A stretch of DNA of 64,000 nt from Piedraia hortae CBS 480.64 (Eukaryota), in assembly GCA_010093745.1 (NCBI GenBank), contig MU005987.1, forward strand, positions 1 to 64,000. Reading direction: 5' to 3'. Shown here piece by piece: positions 20,920-32,247 of this stretch. Made by a program: the position numbers and the translations under genes. A model generated the notes under the pieces. It was not told where the DNA came from, ran no database searches, and worked only from the letters and a program-made list of their open reading frames with translations. Each line of letters begins with the position of its first letter. Within the stretch, counting starts at the first letter, position 1.

Positions 20920-22239
20920 CTACTCCAACTCATCGGCCCTCTTCCTCTTCCTGTCCTTGCAAGCGGACTGGTTAACCACCTTGGCGGGAGGTGGGAAGAT
21001 GAGCGCACCACCTTGAAGACCAACATAACGAAGAGCAGGAGCGTGGGTCCTGATAATGACACCGATGCGCTGCTGGTTCTCCCTTGACATACTCGTGTCG
21101 TTTCCAAGTCTAGGACCCTCGAGCAATAGGTGGCTGAGTTTCGGGAACAATGGCCCTTTTTCGTTCTCCAAGAGTTGGACGTCAAAGTGCCCGGAGAGTC
21201 TGAGCGCAGAAAGTCCACGACAGACCTTTCCTAGTCCGATGAGGGCATTTGTGGTGAGATTATTAGGTACTTGGAAGTTTAAAATCTTCAGATGCTGCAT
21301 GCCTGAGATCATGCTGATCAGATCTTTGTCCTGAATCTGCACATTCGCAGCAGCGCCGACGATGACAAAACTCAGCTTCTGCAGGTTCTTCAAATAAGAG
21401 ACGCTTTGCAGTGCTGCGGGACTGATGCCAAAGCCCGAGGAGCCCTTCGAAATAATGCGCAAACTCCGCAACTCCACACAAAGAAAGTCCGCAAATTTTG
21501 CTGGGATTGTATCCGTAAACTGCACTTTGAATTCAGTACAGTGGCTCACGACCTTGAACGGCCACGGGAACTTTCGCCGCGTTAAATCCGCGCACACCCA
21601 TGCGAGCTGCGAAGCGTTTAAAAGGAGACGGCGGAAGCTGTCTTGCTTGACCAAACATTCGATAAGCAGGTCCAAGTCTTTGACTTGCATGTAAAGAACG
21701 TGACTAATATCCAGCATTTCAAGTTTCTCAAGCCGCTCCAAATTCTGGACGAGAAAGAACCACTTGGTAAACCTCCCCGTAATGGTCAGACGCTCGATAT
21801 TACTCGGCAGACTTGGCAGAACACTTATCTGCAGCGGATCATCCCATCTAATCGGTCCAGGGGGGCCAACATCAATCTGCACACTCGAAAGTCGCTCAAA
21901 TGATGATAGGTTGGCGAGGGTGCTCGTCCCGCTGGTCATACACAGCACATTGGCTGGAATATTAAGATGTCGGATGTGGCGGACGTACACCGCCTTTCGT
22001 TCTTCACTAAGGGCTTCGACACAGACGAGATCAACGCGCCGCCAGAGAACATCCCTAGCCCAGTCGGCCCATCTGGGATGGACCCGGAGGAGTTGGGTGA
22101 GAGCATGATTGTCGCCGCTTAGGGCTTGGCAGATCATGTAGACGACGTCGGAGCAGAAGATAATTGGTAGCCTCATCTTCCTGCACATTTTGGGAGATGG
22201 AAGCTCCGGCGCTGGTTTGTGCACTGTTATGGATGCCAT
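20920..22239 (-). CDS. F-box-like / leucine-rich-repeat (RNI-like) protein
   Basis: 439-aa ORF; N-terminal F-box-like segment (DVVYMICQAL....LTQLLRVHPRWADWARDVLWRRV) followed by LxxLxI repeats (LEKLEMLDI, LRSLRI, LKNLQKLSF, MQHLKILNF, FPKLSHLLL). Confidence 0.65.
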   Translation of the reverse strand: MASITVHKPAPELPSPKMCRKMRLPIIFCSDVVYMICQALSGDNHALTQLLRVHPRWADWARDVLWRRVDLVCVEALSEERKAVYVRHIRHLNIPANVLCMTSGTSTLANLSSFERLSSVQIDVGPPGPIRWDDPLQISVLPSLPSNIERLTITGRFTKWFFLVQNLERLEKLEMLDISHVLYMQVKDLDLLIECLVKQDSFRRLLLNASQLAWVCADLTRRKFPWPFKVVSHCTEFKVQFTDTIPAKFADFLCVELRSLRIISKGSSGFGISPAALQSVSYLKNLQKLSFVIVGAAANVQIQDKDLISMISGMQHLKILNFQVPNNLTTNALIGLGKVCRGLSALRLSGHFDVQLLENEKGPLFPKLSHLLLEGPRLGNDTSMSRENQQRIGVIIRTHAPALRYVGLQGGALIFPPPAKVVNQSACKDRKRKRADELE

Positions 22240-23633
22240 GGTGATAGACTACAGTGTGGCTTACGGTGGGGAGCTTTAGAGCATGCTTGGAAATTTGTGG
22301 GGAGAGAGCGTGTCTTGGTACATTGGAATTTGATGACTGATTTCGTCATAGGCTTCAATGGCCATAGTACGTCATTGATACTGGAAATGACAGGTTTGGA
22401 CGCGAAGGGACGATGACATGTTTGATGTCGGCAGCACCATTGTTGTTAGATGAAATTTTGGACTTCGAGGCGGCGAGGTTTCAGGTATGGTTGGTGATTG
22501 ACGAAGTTCTTGGCGCGCTTTGAAAAACCCCAGATGACTAAGATGCCGAATCCAAGAGAAGTCATCAAGTCCACGACAATCAGATAATATTGATCCGCTT
22601 CATGACTATGAATCTGTTGCTTAGCCAGGAATGCATAGCTGGCGTTAAAGTTAAGCTGCCCTCGGACTGCAAAGCTAGATTTTGACAATTTGTGCTTTGG
22701 TAAACTGTGGAAACGGAATTCTTCCTTCCACGAGATAAGGCCAACGAAAAAAGGAGAATAGTCTTAACGGCATGAGTTTCTTCCCTTTGCTATTAATCTA
22801 CCTATCCCTCCCGCTTTCCCTTTCTTATAAAACAAGCTCCCACCTCTGTGGAGCTCTGATCACGGTCAACAAAACGCCCAGGACGAGAAAAGCAGAGAAT
22901 ACCCCGGTTATGTCTATAAAGCCTTTCTGTTGGGAGTTGTCGAGTAAAAGGCCCAGTGGGTCCGGGGGAGCTTAGCTAGGCAACGTGCAACCCAGCCGTA
23001 GAAATCAAGTTAAACACGACAATACGTACTCACTTCATCATTACATACTCTGAGCTGTACGCTACATTCCTCGTGGATTGCGAATGACAAAGCGTCTCTT
23101 GCGAGATTAACTAATGCACTCGTAGCTCACGACGACTGTTTGAGAGACGAGTTATTTTAGATACTCTGTGCTTGATATCTAACTACCAGAGTCAGATGGT
23201 CCTGTATTCTTCAGTTTCTGTAGCTTCTCCCGCCGTGGGACCAAGCCTAATCCAGAGGTATCCCGTGACGCTCGCTACTCGACATGTTCTCTCTTCTGAT
23301 CGCACTGAGGAAGCAAATTGGATGGAAACATTCCTGTTATACAGCCCTGAAAAGTGCCTTTCAGTATCTAGGTATCCGATCACCGTTGCTGCAAATTTCA
23401 GAAAAACGCTCGAACAGCACTTTACGGGCGCGCTCCAGCTGATTGGCCTGTGTTACAAGCATATCGCTCTAGACAAGACCAGGGTCCCAACTTCAGCCAA
23501 CCCTGAAACGCAGCTGCACTTCTTCGACCCAGCCAACATATTCAAGGCGATTTTGTTCTCTGAAGAAATCAAAGGATCAAAACGTTTACCATGAGAACCC
23601 ACAGGTCTCAGGCGACCGAAGTGGTGTGAATTG

Positions 23634-24370
23634 CGGCAGATGGCGAGCCACTGAACATCCTGTTGATACTCCGCGGACAGGGTAACGTGTCCGAGGAAGA
23701 AAGAGCGCAGTACGACTCGGACGTTATCGTGTGCTTCAATCATAAGGCATGATACAATAGCCAGTTGGTCGTGCAACAGCTGCATGAAGACATTGCCCCC
23801 AAGATTGCACCGCGGGACACGCGTTCTACTTCTTCAACATACAGTACAATCGCTGGCAGTTCATCCAGCGATGCACTGATGATAGCGAAAATCGTGAGAA
23901 GTCTCGTTGTCCTAGGGGGCTTCATCCGTGTTCAAGCTTCCTCCGGTTCCAGTTTAGTCGCTCCGCGTGGCAGCTTGCCGTCGAGTTGAAACACCACAAG
24001 CAACCAGAGCACAAGGACACCTATTTGTCTGCGCAATGCTCTGCCTTCATTTAGCAAAACGTGGCTCAACAATTTTCTTCGGCAATCCTAAAGAGTTTGG
24101 TGAATTTGGGGATCCGACAGCATCAGCCCAGACGCATTGTATGGACAACGCAAAGTTCCACAGACCTAAGGCGTTTAAAGCCGCGACAAGGGCTACCAAT
24201 GCGATGGGATGCACACCTTGCTGCCAGACACTAGACGTCAGCACCAACAAGCCGATGATAAGCATGGTGGCTTTCCAAGAGAAATCTTATAACGATGACT
24301 ACGAGTACACATCGTCAGATCGTCGAATAATATTCACCAAGGCCGTGGGACATGCTGTACGACAGTCGAG
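23634..24370 (+). mobile_element. Decayed pogo/Tc1-superfamily (DDE_1) transposase remnant
   Basis: ADGEPLNILLILRGQG....E...YDSDVIVCFNHKA*YN, then MDNAKFH, GCTPCCQTLDVSTNKPM (cf. QPLDVxxNKPFK) and DRRIIFTKAVGHA. Contains stops and frameshifts. Confidence 0.65.
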
Positions 24371-24519
24371 GAAAGATTGTGGTCGCCCTATCGTTTCAGT
24401 GCAGGGGCATCTCAGTTTCCCCCTCTGGCGACGAGTACCACGAAATTTCAATCAAAAACGCCCCAGATTACCATCACAAGGCAGCGTTCGTGACCCCAAT
24501 CGGGTTATATAAGTAGATC

Positions 24520-25020
24520 ATCATGCCCTTGGGGCTGGCCAATTCTTCTTTATCACTCCATTTGGGCTTTTTGAGTGGCTTGTGATGCCCTTTGGCCTTA
24601 CGAACTCCCCTGCAACATCTCAAGCGCTCGAGGTGCTTGCGCCAACGTAGAATTTGCTGCGACTACCGTAACCTCGGCCGCATCACGCGGAAAGACGCGC
24701 ACCCACTACCCAACATTGGCGACGAGATCCAAAGGGCAAGGGGGCCCGTACGCCTTCCCCGACTTAAAGGATGGCTTCTGGCACATTCCCCTAGCCGAGG
24801 AAAACCGCCACAAGGCAGCCTTCATAACGCCCATCGGCCTATGCGAATGGGTCGTGATATCCTTCGGACTCACCAACTCGCCAGCGACATTTCAAGCGCT
24901 GTGTGTGCTCTGCTGTTGCTGTGCGAACGGTCATGTACGCAAGGTTACCCAACGGCCTGCTGCGCGGTGGTGCACCGCCTATATGGATGATATCCTCGAG
25001 TTCAGCGATATCGCGTCCTT
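24520..25020 (+). mobile_element. Ty3/Gypsy LTR-retrotransposon reverse transcriptase remnant
   Basis: CCDYRNLGRITRKDAHPLPNI, DLKDGFWHIPL....RHKAAFITPIGLCEWVVISFGLTNSPATFQ and AYMDDIL; frameshifted. Confidence 0.85.
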
Positions 25021-25667
25021 ATTCGCCGGTCTGCAATCCTAAAGCTAAATGACGGTGTTGGGACGGTTTGGAAGGCTGAAGTGGAGGAATATTGTGGAGG
25101 AGAGGTCTGATCTGGCGGTATGTTTCGGCGTGGTTACAAGCCACCTGAGTCAGATTTCTTGTTGTGTCTCACCACCAGTGGTGGTGCAATAGCCTAGCTG
25201 CTGCGCAGGTATTTTGTCTTTTATACAGCTTCAATCTTTTATCGATTATAAGTTTGATTGGTTTCTCTTTCATTGCCTTGGGGCACATCGCTCCTGGTCC
25301 AATTTTAATGAGTTTGAATGGCGGCCTCATGGAGTGGGAGAGAGACCACAACGATCGAGCAATTGATTGAAAGTGAGGTGTTTGTCTAGCTAAGAGTATA
25401 TTGGCCGTGAGAGTAGACTCGTGGTCTATCCTGTGCGGAAGATATGATAAGGCCACAGTTTCTCTACCGTCCAAAAGACAAAATTGTTCAGCAATAGGTA
25501 TACCTACCTCCCAAATTTATTGTATCATGAAAGGCGCACCATCCCACGCGCAGCACGCAGAACCTCAAACAGCAGTCTGCATCACAACCAGGAAAGAGTA
25601 CATAAAAAGCAATACACCCTCCCCTTTCCCAACCCCCACTACAACACACAAATCAATGATACAAAAA

Positions 25668-27509
25668 TCAATCAGTAACCGCCCACCCCACCGCTTTCGC
25701 CAGCTGTCTATATTCCAACAACAACCCCTCAATTTCATCTAATCTCAACTCCCCCGCATTCCTCACCTCTAGGAACCTCTTACTAGGTGGTTTAACCCTC
25801 CTCTTCAGCTCCGCGAGCGTTTCCTTGGCATTCATTTCCTCTGTTGGGTCAATCTCGATCCTAGACTGCGCTTGCGTTTCAATCTTAGGTGGTTCTGTCC
25901 TAGATGACTCCGTTTTAGCCTGTCCTCCCCGTGATTCAGAGAACCGCTTCTCCTGAGTGATGGTTAATGAAGGCGTCCCACTCACACTCGGCCTCCCGAA
26001 CCGTCCAAACGGCATTGAGATTTTATTTAAGGGGTTGATTGATTGAAAAATCGTTGGGGGTTGGTTATGTGCCGGTTCGGTCAGGGATCTGCTCAATCGT
26101 CGTTTTGATTTTGTGGAATGGAAGGCTGGATCGGGGGTGTTTCGTCCACTTTCGTTCCCGTCTGCGCTTGATAAGTCGTCTTTGTCGAGGTGAGAGGAGA
26201 TGAATCGTTGTGCTTCTTCGAGGGTTCGGGGAAGGGGTTCATGTACGTCTTTGAAACGGCCAAAGACGAATTGGAAGCTGTTTTCTAACGTCCCATTGAT
26301 GCTGTCATAGACTTTGTCGGCGGTTTTTAAGATTTCGTCGCGGCCGGCTTCGAGACGGTCGGCGGCTTGGGCGAGAGAGGAGAGACGGCGAACTGTGAGG
26401 TTGGGGCGGGAGGGGGAGATTGAGGTTGTGGCTCGTGGGCGCTCGGTAGGGGAGAGGTGGCTTCGTCTTGTGGGAGGGCTGAATTGATCTGACTCGTCGG
26501 TCGTACGGAGAGGGTGGTCCATTTTTGACGAGGATCGTCTTTGTTTTATGGGGCCTGTGGGGAGCTCATCTGCTCTGAGAGATGACAGGTCGACGGTTTC
26601 GAGGAAGGATATGGCTGCCTCGAGATTGACGAGACAGTAAGCTGCTTCGCCGTCAAAGCGGGAGTTGGCACGAAATCGCTGGATGAAATGTAGGTTGCTT
26701 ATCACGTACGTGTCTCCGGGGGTGGATGTGATTAAAGTGTAGATCAATGTGGGCAGGACTTCGTCAGCAGAGGACGAGGAGGGAAACAGTTCAGTCAGGG
26801 TATTGACAATGCACTTATGGGCATCGCACAGGTGGCGCAATTTGGCAGCCGGATAGCGCTCATCGTTCATTCTATAGATGGCCTCTCGCGCAGACGCCAG
26901 AGATTGGTTAATTTCCTCCTCCTTTTCTTCGGCAATCTGGCGGACATTATCTTTTGTCGGGTCACTGTCCATATGGAGCTCCTTGAGGCCAATGCCAACA
27001 ACGCGCAGGGATGCAATTTTGGAGCGCAACTTGGCGTCACGAGCTTCATCGTCAGAAGTTTTGTGCTGGTAGAGTTTGTCATAGACGCGTTCGCAAACTG
27101 TGCGCTCCACAGCCTCCTCTAGAGCGAGTTGTTTGCGATCAAGAAGTTTACGGGCTTTGCGGAGAGTGGACACCTGGACTGGAGTGAGCATTTCATTGCT
27201 CTCTCCGGCTGCGATAGGCTGGGTGGCAGCCAAGTGGGAAGCTATAGACGCGGCAGTTGTATCATAAAAGTCTTGAAAGAGGGACGAAAGAGTGTCTGTT
27301 GTTACAGGTTTGTTGTGCACCTTTGCACCGAGACTGTTTAGAAACCGTTTAGTGAGAGTTTTGATCTCTGCTGGCAGTTCATCAAATCCAGTTGCATTGG
27401 GAACTTTGATCTCTGGAGGATCTTCCTCATCGTCCCGTTCAAAGACGTCACGTTTGGGGCTCAAATGCTTTGCATCTGGCACGGTGGTGATTCCATCTCG
27501 ATGGGCCAT
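25668..27509 (-). CDS. VPS9-domain Rab5 guanine nucleotide exchange factor (Muk1-like)
   Basis: SSSSADEVLPTLIYTLI, SNLHFIQRFR, GEAAYCLVNLEAAISFLE, C-terminal ELRLDEIEGLLLEYRQLA. Likely ATG at 27509. Confidence 0.85.
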   Translation of the reverse strand: MAHRDGITTVPDAKHLSPKRDVFERDDEEDPPEIKVPNATGFDELPAEIKTLTKRFLNSLGAKVHNKPVTTDTLSSLFQDFYDTTAASIASHLAATQPIAAGESNEMLTPVQVSTLRKARKLLDRKQLALEEAVERTVCERVYDKLYQHKTSDDEARDAKLRSKIASLRVVGIGLKELHMDSDPTKDNVRQIAEEKEEEINQSLASAREAIYRMNDERYPAAKLRHLCDAHKCIVNTLTELFPSSSSADEVLPTLIYTLITSTPGDTYVISNLHFIQRFRANSRFDGEAAYCLVNLEAAISFLETVDLSSLRADELPTGPIKQRRSSSKMDHPLRTTDESDQFSPPTRRSHLSPTERPRATTSISPSRPNLTVRRLSSLAQAADRLEAGRDEILKTADKVYDSINGTLENSFQFVFGRFKDVHEPLPRTLEEAQRFISSHLDKDDLSSADGNESGRNTPDPAFHSTKSKRRLSRSLTEPAHNQPPTIFQSINPLNKISMPFGRFGRPSVSGTPSLTITQEKRFSESRGGQAKTESSRTEPPKIETQAQSRIEIDPTEEMNAKETLAELKRRVKPPSKRFLEVRNAGELRLDEIEGLLLEYRQLAKAVGWAVTD

Positions 27510-27715
27510 GGAGAGTCTACTATATCCCGGGTGACTGCGTGATGTTGAAGGTGGGGTTGACGGTGGGTTGGCGCGGGGCAGTTGTGGCGCGGTTATCGCT
27601 CGAGTGGCGCAATTGTGGCGTGGCTGCGTGACGTTGGAGTTCATGCGGGGTGTGACATGTGACAATTCACATTGATGACTTCAACCTCGGATGGACTCTG
27701 GATGACGGGGCCAAG

Positions 27716-29341
27716 ATGAAGACTCTACCACTGGCAATTGCGCTCCTTGTGCGCTGCAGCTGTGCGGCATTGTTTGGAGATGTTCCGTCCGCTGCCGACG
27801 CCAAGGAATTCACTCTCCGCCACATCTACCACCATGGAAGCCACATATATCCCAACCTCCACCGCTACATCGACGTCGGACCGGAGGTGAAGCTGTATGC
27901 AAAGTCTACACCGCTAACCATCCAGCGGCTCTCTCGACGCGGGGCTGATGACATTGACCGCCTCCTTGCTGGCCACGACCATGAGCTCGCGACATGGAGC
28001 TTCGACGACATTTCCGCGCCGAACCACACAGATCGCGGCACGGTGCTGACTATGGCGCGGATGGCGTCAAATGCATACGTTCAAGACCACCTAAGTAGCG
28101 ATTGGAAGGACGTCAAGGGCGGCTTCAACTACACATCCGACTTTGGCTGGGCATCAGACGGACTTCGTGGCCACATCTTCGCCGACCAGAAGAACAAGAC
28201 GCTAGTAATCGGGCTCAAAGGCACTTCTCCGGCCGTATTTGATGGCGCAGACACGACGGGCAACGACAAGCTCAACGACAACCTATTTGGCTCCTGCTGC
28301 TGCGGCCAGGGCGGGCAGTATCTGTGGAAGACGGTGTGCGACTGCATGACATCGGCCTACACCTGCAACAACACGTGTCTGACGCAGTCGTTGAGGGACA
28401 AGAGCCACTACTACCGCGCCGTGCGGGAGCTATACCACAACGTGACCGAACGCTACCCCGAGGTCGACGACGTCTGGCTATCAGGCCACAGCCTAGGCGG
28501 TGTTGTAGCCGCACTGTTGGGCCAGACATATGGCCTACCAACCTTCACCTTTGAAGCCTTTCCAGACGCCATGGCAGCCAAGCGTCTCGGCCTCCCGACA
28601 CCACCTGGTTACAAAATCGGCAGCGTGAGCCGCGAGGCGACCAAGGGAATCTTCCATTACGGCCACACGGCCGACCCAATTTACATGGGGACCTGCAACA
28701 GCGCCACCTCGTTCTGCACCATTGCCGGCTACGCCTTCCAAGGCACCTGTCACACGGGCCAGACATGCACCTACGACACCGTCGGGGATCTCGGCTGGCG
28801 GGTTGCAATCGGCACACACAAAATCGACAATGTCATCAGAGACGTCCTAGAAGTGTACGAAACTGTGCCGCAATGCGAAACCGATACAGAGTGTGTAGAC
28901 TGCTTCAATTGGAAGTTTTACGAAAGTAACGGCACGGAGCCGATCACCAGTTCGTCTTCAAGTAGCACCATGAGGACCTCGACCCGCACTCGCACAGAAA
29001 CATGTAAGACGCCGGGGTGGTGGGGATGTCTGGATGAGAGTACGACGGGGACGACGTCAACAACGACGGAGTCTTCCTCGTCTACGAAGTGTCATACGCC
29101 TGGTTGGTTTGGGTGTAAAGATCCCACTACTACGACAACGACAACGACGACTACTAGTACGGTGACGAGTACGGCGACGAGTACTACGTGCAAGACGCCC
29201 GGTTGGTTCGGTTGTCGTGATTCTACTACGACTGTTGCTTCGACGGAGGCTTCGCCGGGCTCAGCAAAAGGCGTGGCGACGGCTACGACTACTGCTGCTT
29301 GCTTGAATTCGTCTTACGAGGAGTGGAAGGGCGACTTGTGA
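27716..29341 (+). CDS. ATG15: Autophagy-related lipase Atg15
   Basis: FTLRHIYHHG, FGWASDGLRGHIF, DKLNDNLFGSCCC, lipase motif GHSLGG, and a Thr-rich tail with CxTPGWxGC repeats. Confidence 0.93.
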   Translation: MKTLPLAIALLVRCSCAALFGDVPSAADAKEFTLRHIYHHGSHIYPNLHRYIDVGPEVKLYAKSTPLTIQRLSRRGADDIDRLLAGHDHELATWSFDDISAPNHTDRGTVLTMARMASNAYVQDHLSSDWKDVKGGFNYTSDFGWASDGLRGHIFADQKNKTLVIGLKGTSPAVFDGADTTGNDKLNDNLFGSCCCGQGGQYLWKTVCDCMTSAYTCNNTCLTQSLRDKSHYYRAVRELYHNVTERYPEVDDVWLSGHSLGGVVAALLGQTYGLPTFTFEAFPDAMAAKRLGLPTPPGYKIGSVSREATKGIFHYGHTADPIYMGTCNSATSFCTIAGYAFQGTCHTGQTCTYDTVGDLGWRVAIGTHKIDNVIRDVLEVYETVPQCETDTECVDCFNWKFYESNGTEPITSSSSSSTMRTSTRTRTETCKTPGWWGCLDESTTGTTSTTTESSSSTKCHTPGWFGCKDPTTTTTTTTTTSTVTSTATSTTCKTPGWFGCRDSTTTVASTEASPGSAKGVATATTTAACLNSSYEEWKGDL

Positions 29342-29680
29342 AATGTATTCATGGATTTGGGAGTTGCGGTAGGGGTGTGGGGGCGGAATTGCATTTACAT
29401 GGTCATCTAGCTTTTTGGTTGAAGGTGTTTATGTTTGGGTAAACAGATACATGATGACGGGGAGAGCCGTCTGTCGACGGAGAAAGAAGTCTGATTGCAT
29501 GCATGCAGTATTTGGCTCGTGTTCCCCACGATTATGCACAGACTATCTTGGCAAACTCTATGGAATTGTCAACGACATGTCAATCATCATACAACTCGTC
29601 ATTCATCATCGTCATAATCTACAGCTAATCTACAGCTAGTCACGCCATAATACAGTTGATCGTATACGCCAGTATTCCCC

Positions 29681-30405
29681 TCATGAAGATGCAGCTGATG
29701 ACGAGACGGTCGCTTCCGCTGCTTGGACGACGGCTCTGTTCAGCTGCGCTGTTCCACCCTTCCTCTTTCCTCTGACATTGACAGCTTGAACGATGGGCAA
29801 GATTTCCGTCTTCAGCTCCCTGTTCTTCTTCGGCTTTGGCTCCGGCGCCTTATTGTTCTCTTGAACATAAAACTTGCGCAGCAGCATAATGGCTTCCTCC
29901 CTGAACAAGCCGCCGTAAACGGGGTATGGAGGGTCGACGGCCTTGTCTGAGTGGACAGTCATGACACCGCCGCAGCCACCGAAACGATCGTTTAGGCAGC
30001 CAAAGTAGACCGCCCTGATGCCATATTGGCGTAATGCAGAAGCGCACATGATGCACGGCTCGACCGTGACGTAGAGATCGGATTCTTGGAGAATATTCTG
30101 TGGATGCTTCGCCATGACTTCTGCCAGCGCGACGAACTCTGCGTGCCGTGTTCCCTGCAGTTGCGGTTAGTAGGATCGTTTTTATGAGGCGGGGGAATAC
30201 TTGCGTTCAGTGAAGCGTTGGTGCCGTTGATGCCCCGGCCGATGATCTGTCCGTCGTGTACAAAGACGCAGCCAACTGGTGTCTCGTCGGACGCGAGGGC
30301 AAGTTCGGCCATCTCAATGGCTTTGCGCATAAACCCTTGATGGTATTCGCGGTTGGGAATGGGAGCAAATACGGAGACATTGGGGGTTTTGGTAGCGGAA
30401 TTCAT
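29681..30405 (-). CDS. TAD2: tRNA-specific adenosine-34 deaminase catalytic subunit
   Basis: ETPVGCVFV, TNASLN|GTRHAEF, LYVTVEPCIMCASAL, NDRFGGCG, EAIMLLRKFY. The exons join in frame via GC-AG intron 30155-30204. Confidence 0.9.
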
Positions 30406-30563
30406 GGTACGGAGGATGTGAATGAGGAAGAAGATTCAGGTGACATGTTGCGTCTTTTATCCCATCATGTCGTTGTGTGATCTGCGTTAGCGTGTTGTTA
30501 TTCTTTTCAATAAAAAAAAAAAATGAAATTTTCAGCCGCAACCACCACCTACGACACCCCATT

Positions 30564-31974
30564 ATGGCCAAGAACATCGGTATCAAGGCTATTGAGCTGT
30601 ACTTTCCCAGCCAGGTGAGTCCAACGTGGCATCCGTCAATTGCCCCGCGTTGACTTGCTGCAGTGTGTTGATCAGGCTGCACTGGAAAAGTTCGATGGCG
30701 TCGCACAAGGCAAGTACACCATTGGCCTGGGGCAGACGCAGATGTCCTTCTGCGATGACCGCGAGGACATTTACTCGCTCGCACTGACCACGGTTGCGTC
30801 GCTGTTCCGCAAGTACAACATCGACCCGGCCAACATCGGCCGCATGGAGGTCGGCACAGAGACGCTGCTGGACAAGAGCAAGTCGGTCAAGACGGTGCTG
30901 ATGCAGCTGTTTGAGAAGAGCGGCAATTTTAACGTGGAGGGCGTCGACAACGTCAACGCCTGCTACGGAGGCACCAACGCGCTCTTCAACGCCGTCAATT
31001 GGGTCGAGTCGTCGGCCTGGGACGGACGGGATGCCGTCGTCGTTGCGGGCGACATTGCGCTGTACAAGAAGGGCAACGCGCGGCCGACGGGTGGCGCGGG
31101 CTGCGTGGCCATGCTGGTCGGCCCAGATGCGCCGCTGGTGTTTGAGCCTGGCCTCCGCGGTACTTATGTCAAGCACGCCTACGACTTCTACAAGCCCGAC
31201 CTTACGTCTGAATACCCTTTTGTCGACGGCCAGTATTCCATTCGCTGCTACACAGAGGCCGTGGACAACTGCTACAAGGCTTACAATGCACGCGAGAAGA
31301 AGCTGAAGCAGACCAACGGTGCCAACGGCGTAGGCAGCGAGGAGACGCCGCTAGACCGGTTCGACTACATGTGTTTCCACTCGCCAACTTGCAAGTTGGT
31401 CAGCAAATCGTACGCGCGGCTCCTCTACAACGATTACCTCGCCAACCCGTCCAGCGAGCTCTTCAAAGACGTGCCTTCTGAGCTCAAAGACGTTCCGTAC
31501 GAGCAATCTATTACGGATAAGAACGTTGAGAAGACGTTTGTGGCCCTCGCCAAGAAGCGGTTCGGCCAGCGCGTCGAGCCTTCAATACAGGTGCCGACCA
31601 TGTGCGGAAACATGTACTGCGGCTCCGTATATAGTTCCTTGGTGTCTCTGCTCTCCAACGTAGCATCGGATGAGATGCAGGGCAAGCGCATTGGCGTCTT
31701 CTCCTACGGCTCTGGCCTTGCATCGTCCATGTTTTCGCTGCGCGTCCGAGGCAGCCTGGAAGACATCAAGACCAAGATCGATCTGCAGAAGCGTCTGACA
31801 AGCAGACGTCAAGTTGAGCCGCAGACGTACGATGATATGTGCAACCTGCGGGAGAAGGCGCATCTGAAAAAGAACTACAAGCCCGAGGGGAGCGTCGACA
31901 CTCTGTTCCCGGGCACCTATTACCTCGTCGAGGTTGATGACATGTTTCAACGAAAGTACGGCGTTAAAGAGTAA
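30564..31974 (+). CDS. ERG13: Hydroxymethylglutaryl-CoA synthase
   Basis: MAKNIGIKAIELYFPSQ|CVDQ (intron 30615-30663), GKYTIGLGQ, EVGTETLLDKSKS, NACYGGT, FHSPTCKLV, FSYGSG. Confidence 0.97.
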
Positions 31975-32247
31975 ATACCTAATACTGCTGTAAAGTGCTA
32001 GACCTACATTCTGTAGCCGCTTCCTAGGCTCATAATTGGTTTCCAGTCGCTTTCTGGGCTGTGCAAGTTTGTCGAGCAGTAGAATCTTTCAGCAACTATA
32101 CGTGTGACGTTATGATCAGTGTGGCGCGCGGCATCTGCCGTCCTCCACTTCCAACCAACCGCCCGACCATCTTATCGCCCATCCAGCTGCTTGTGAACAT
32201 CCATCTGTTAACCATTGGGGGTCGCAGGTTCACCATTTGCGGCCGCC

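Noticed and set aside
28990..29230. Three CxTPGWxGC repeats as a novel domain
   Set aside because: To my knowledge this is a usual feature of the Thr-rich tail of filamentous-ascomycete Atg15.
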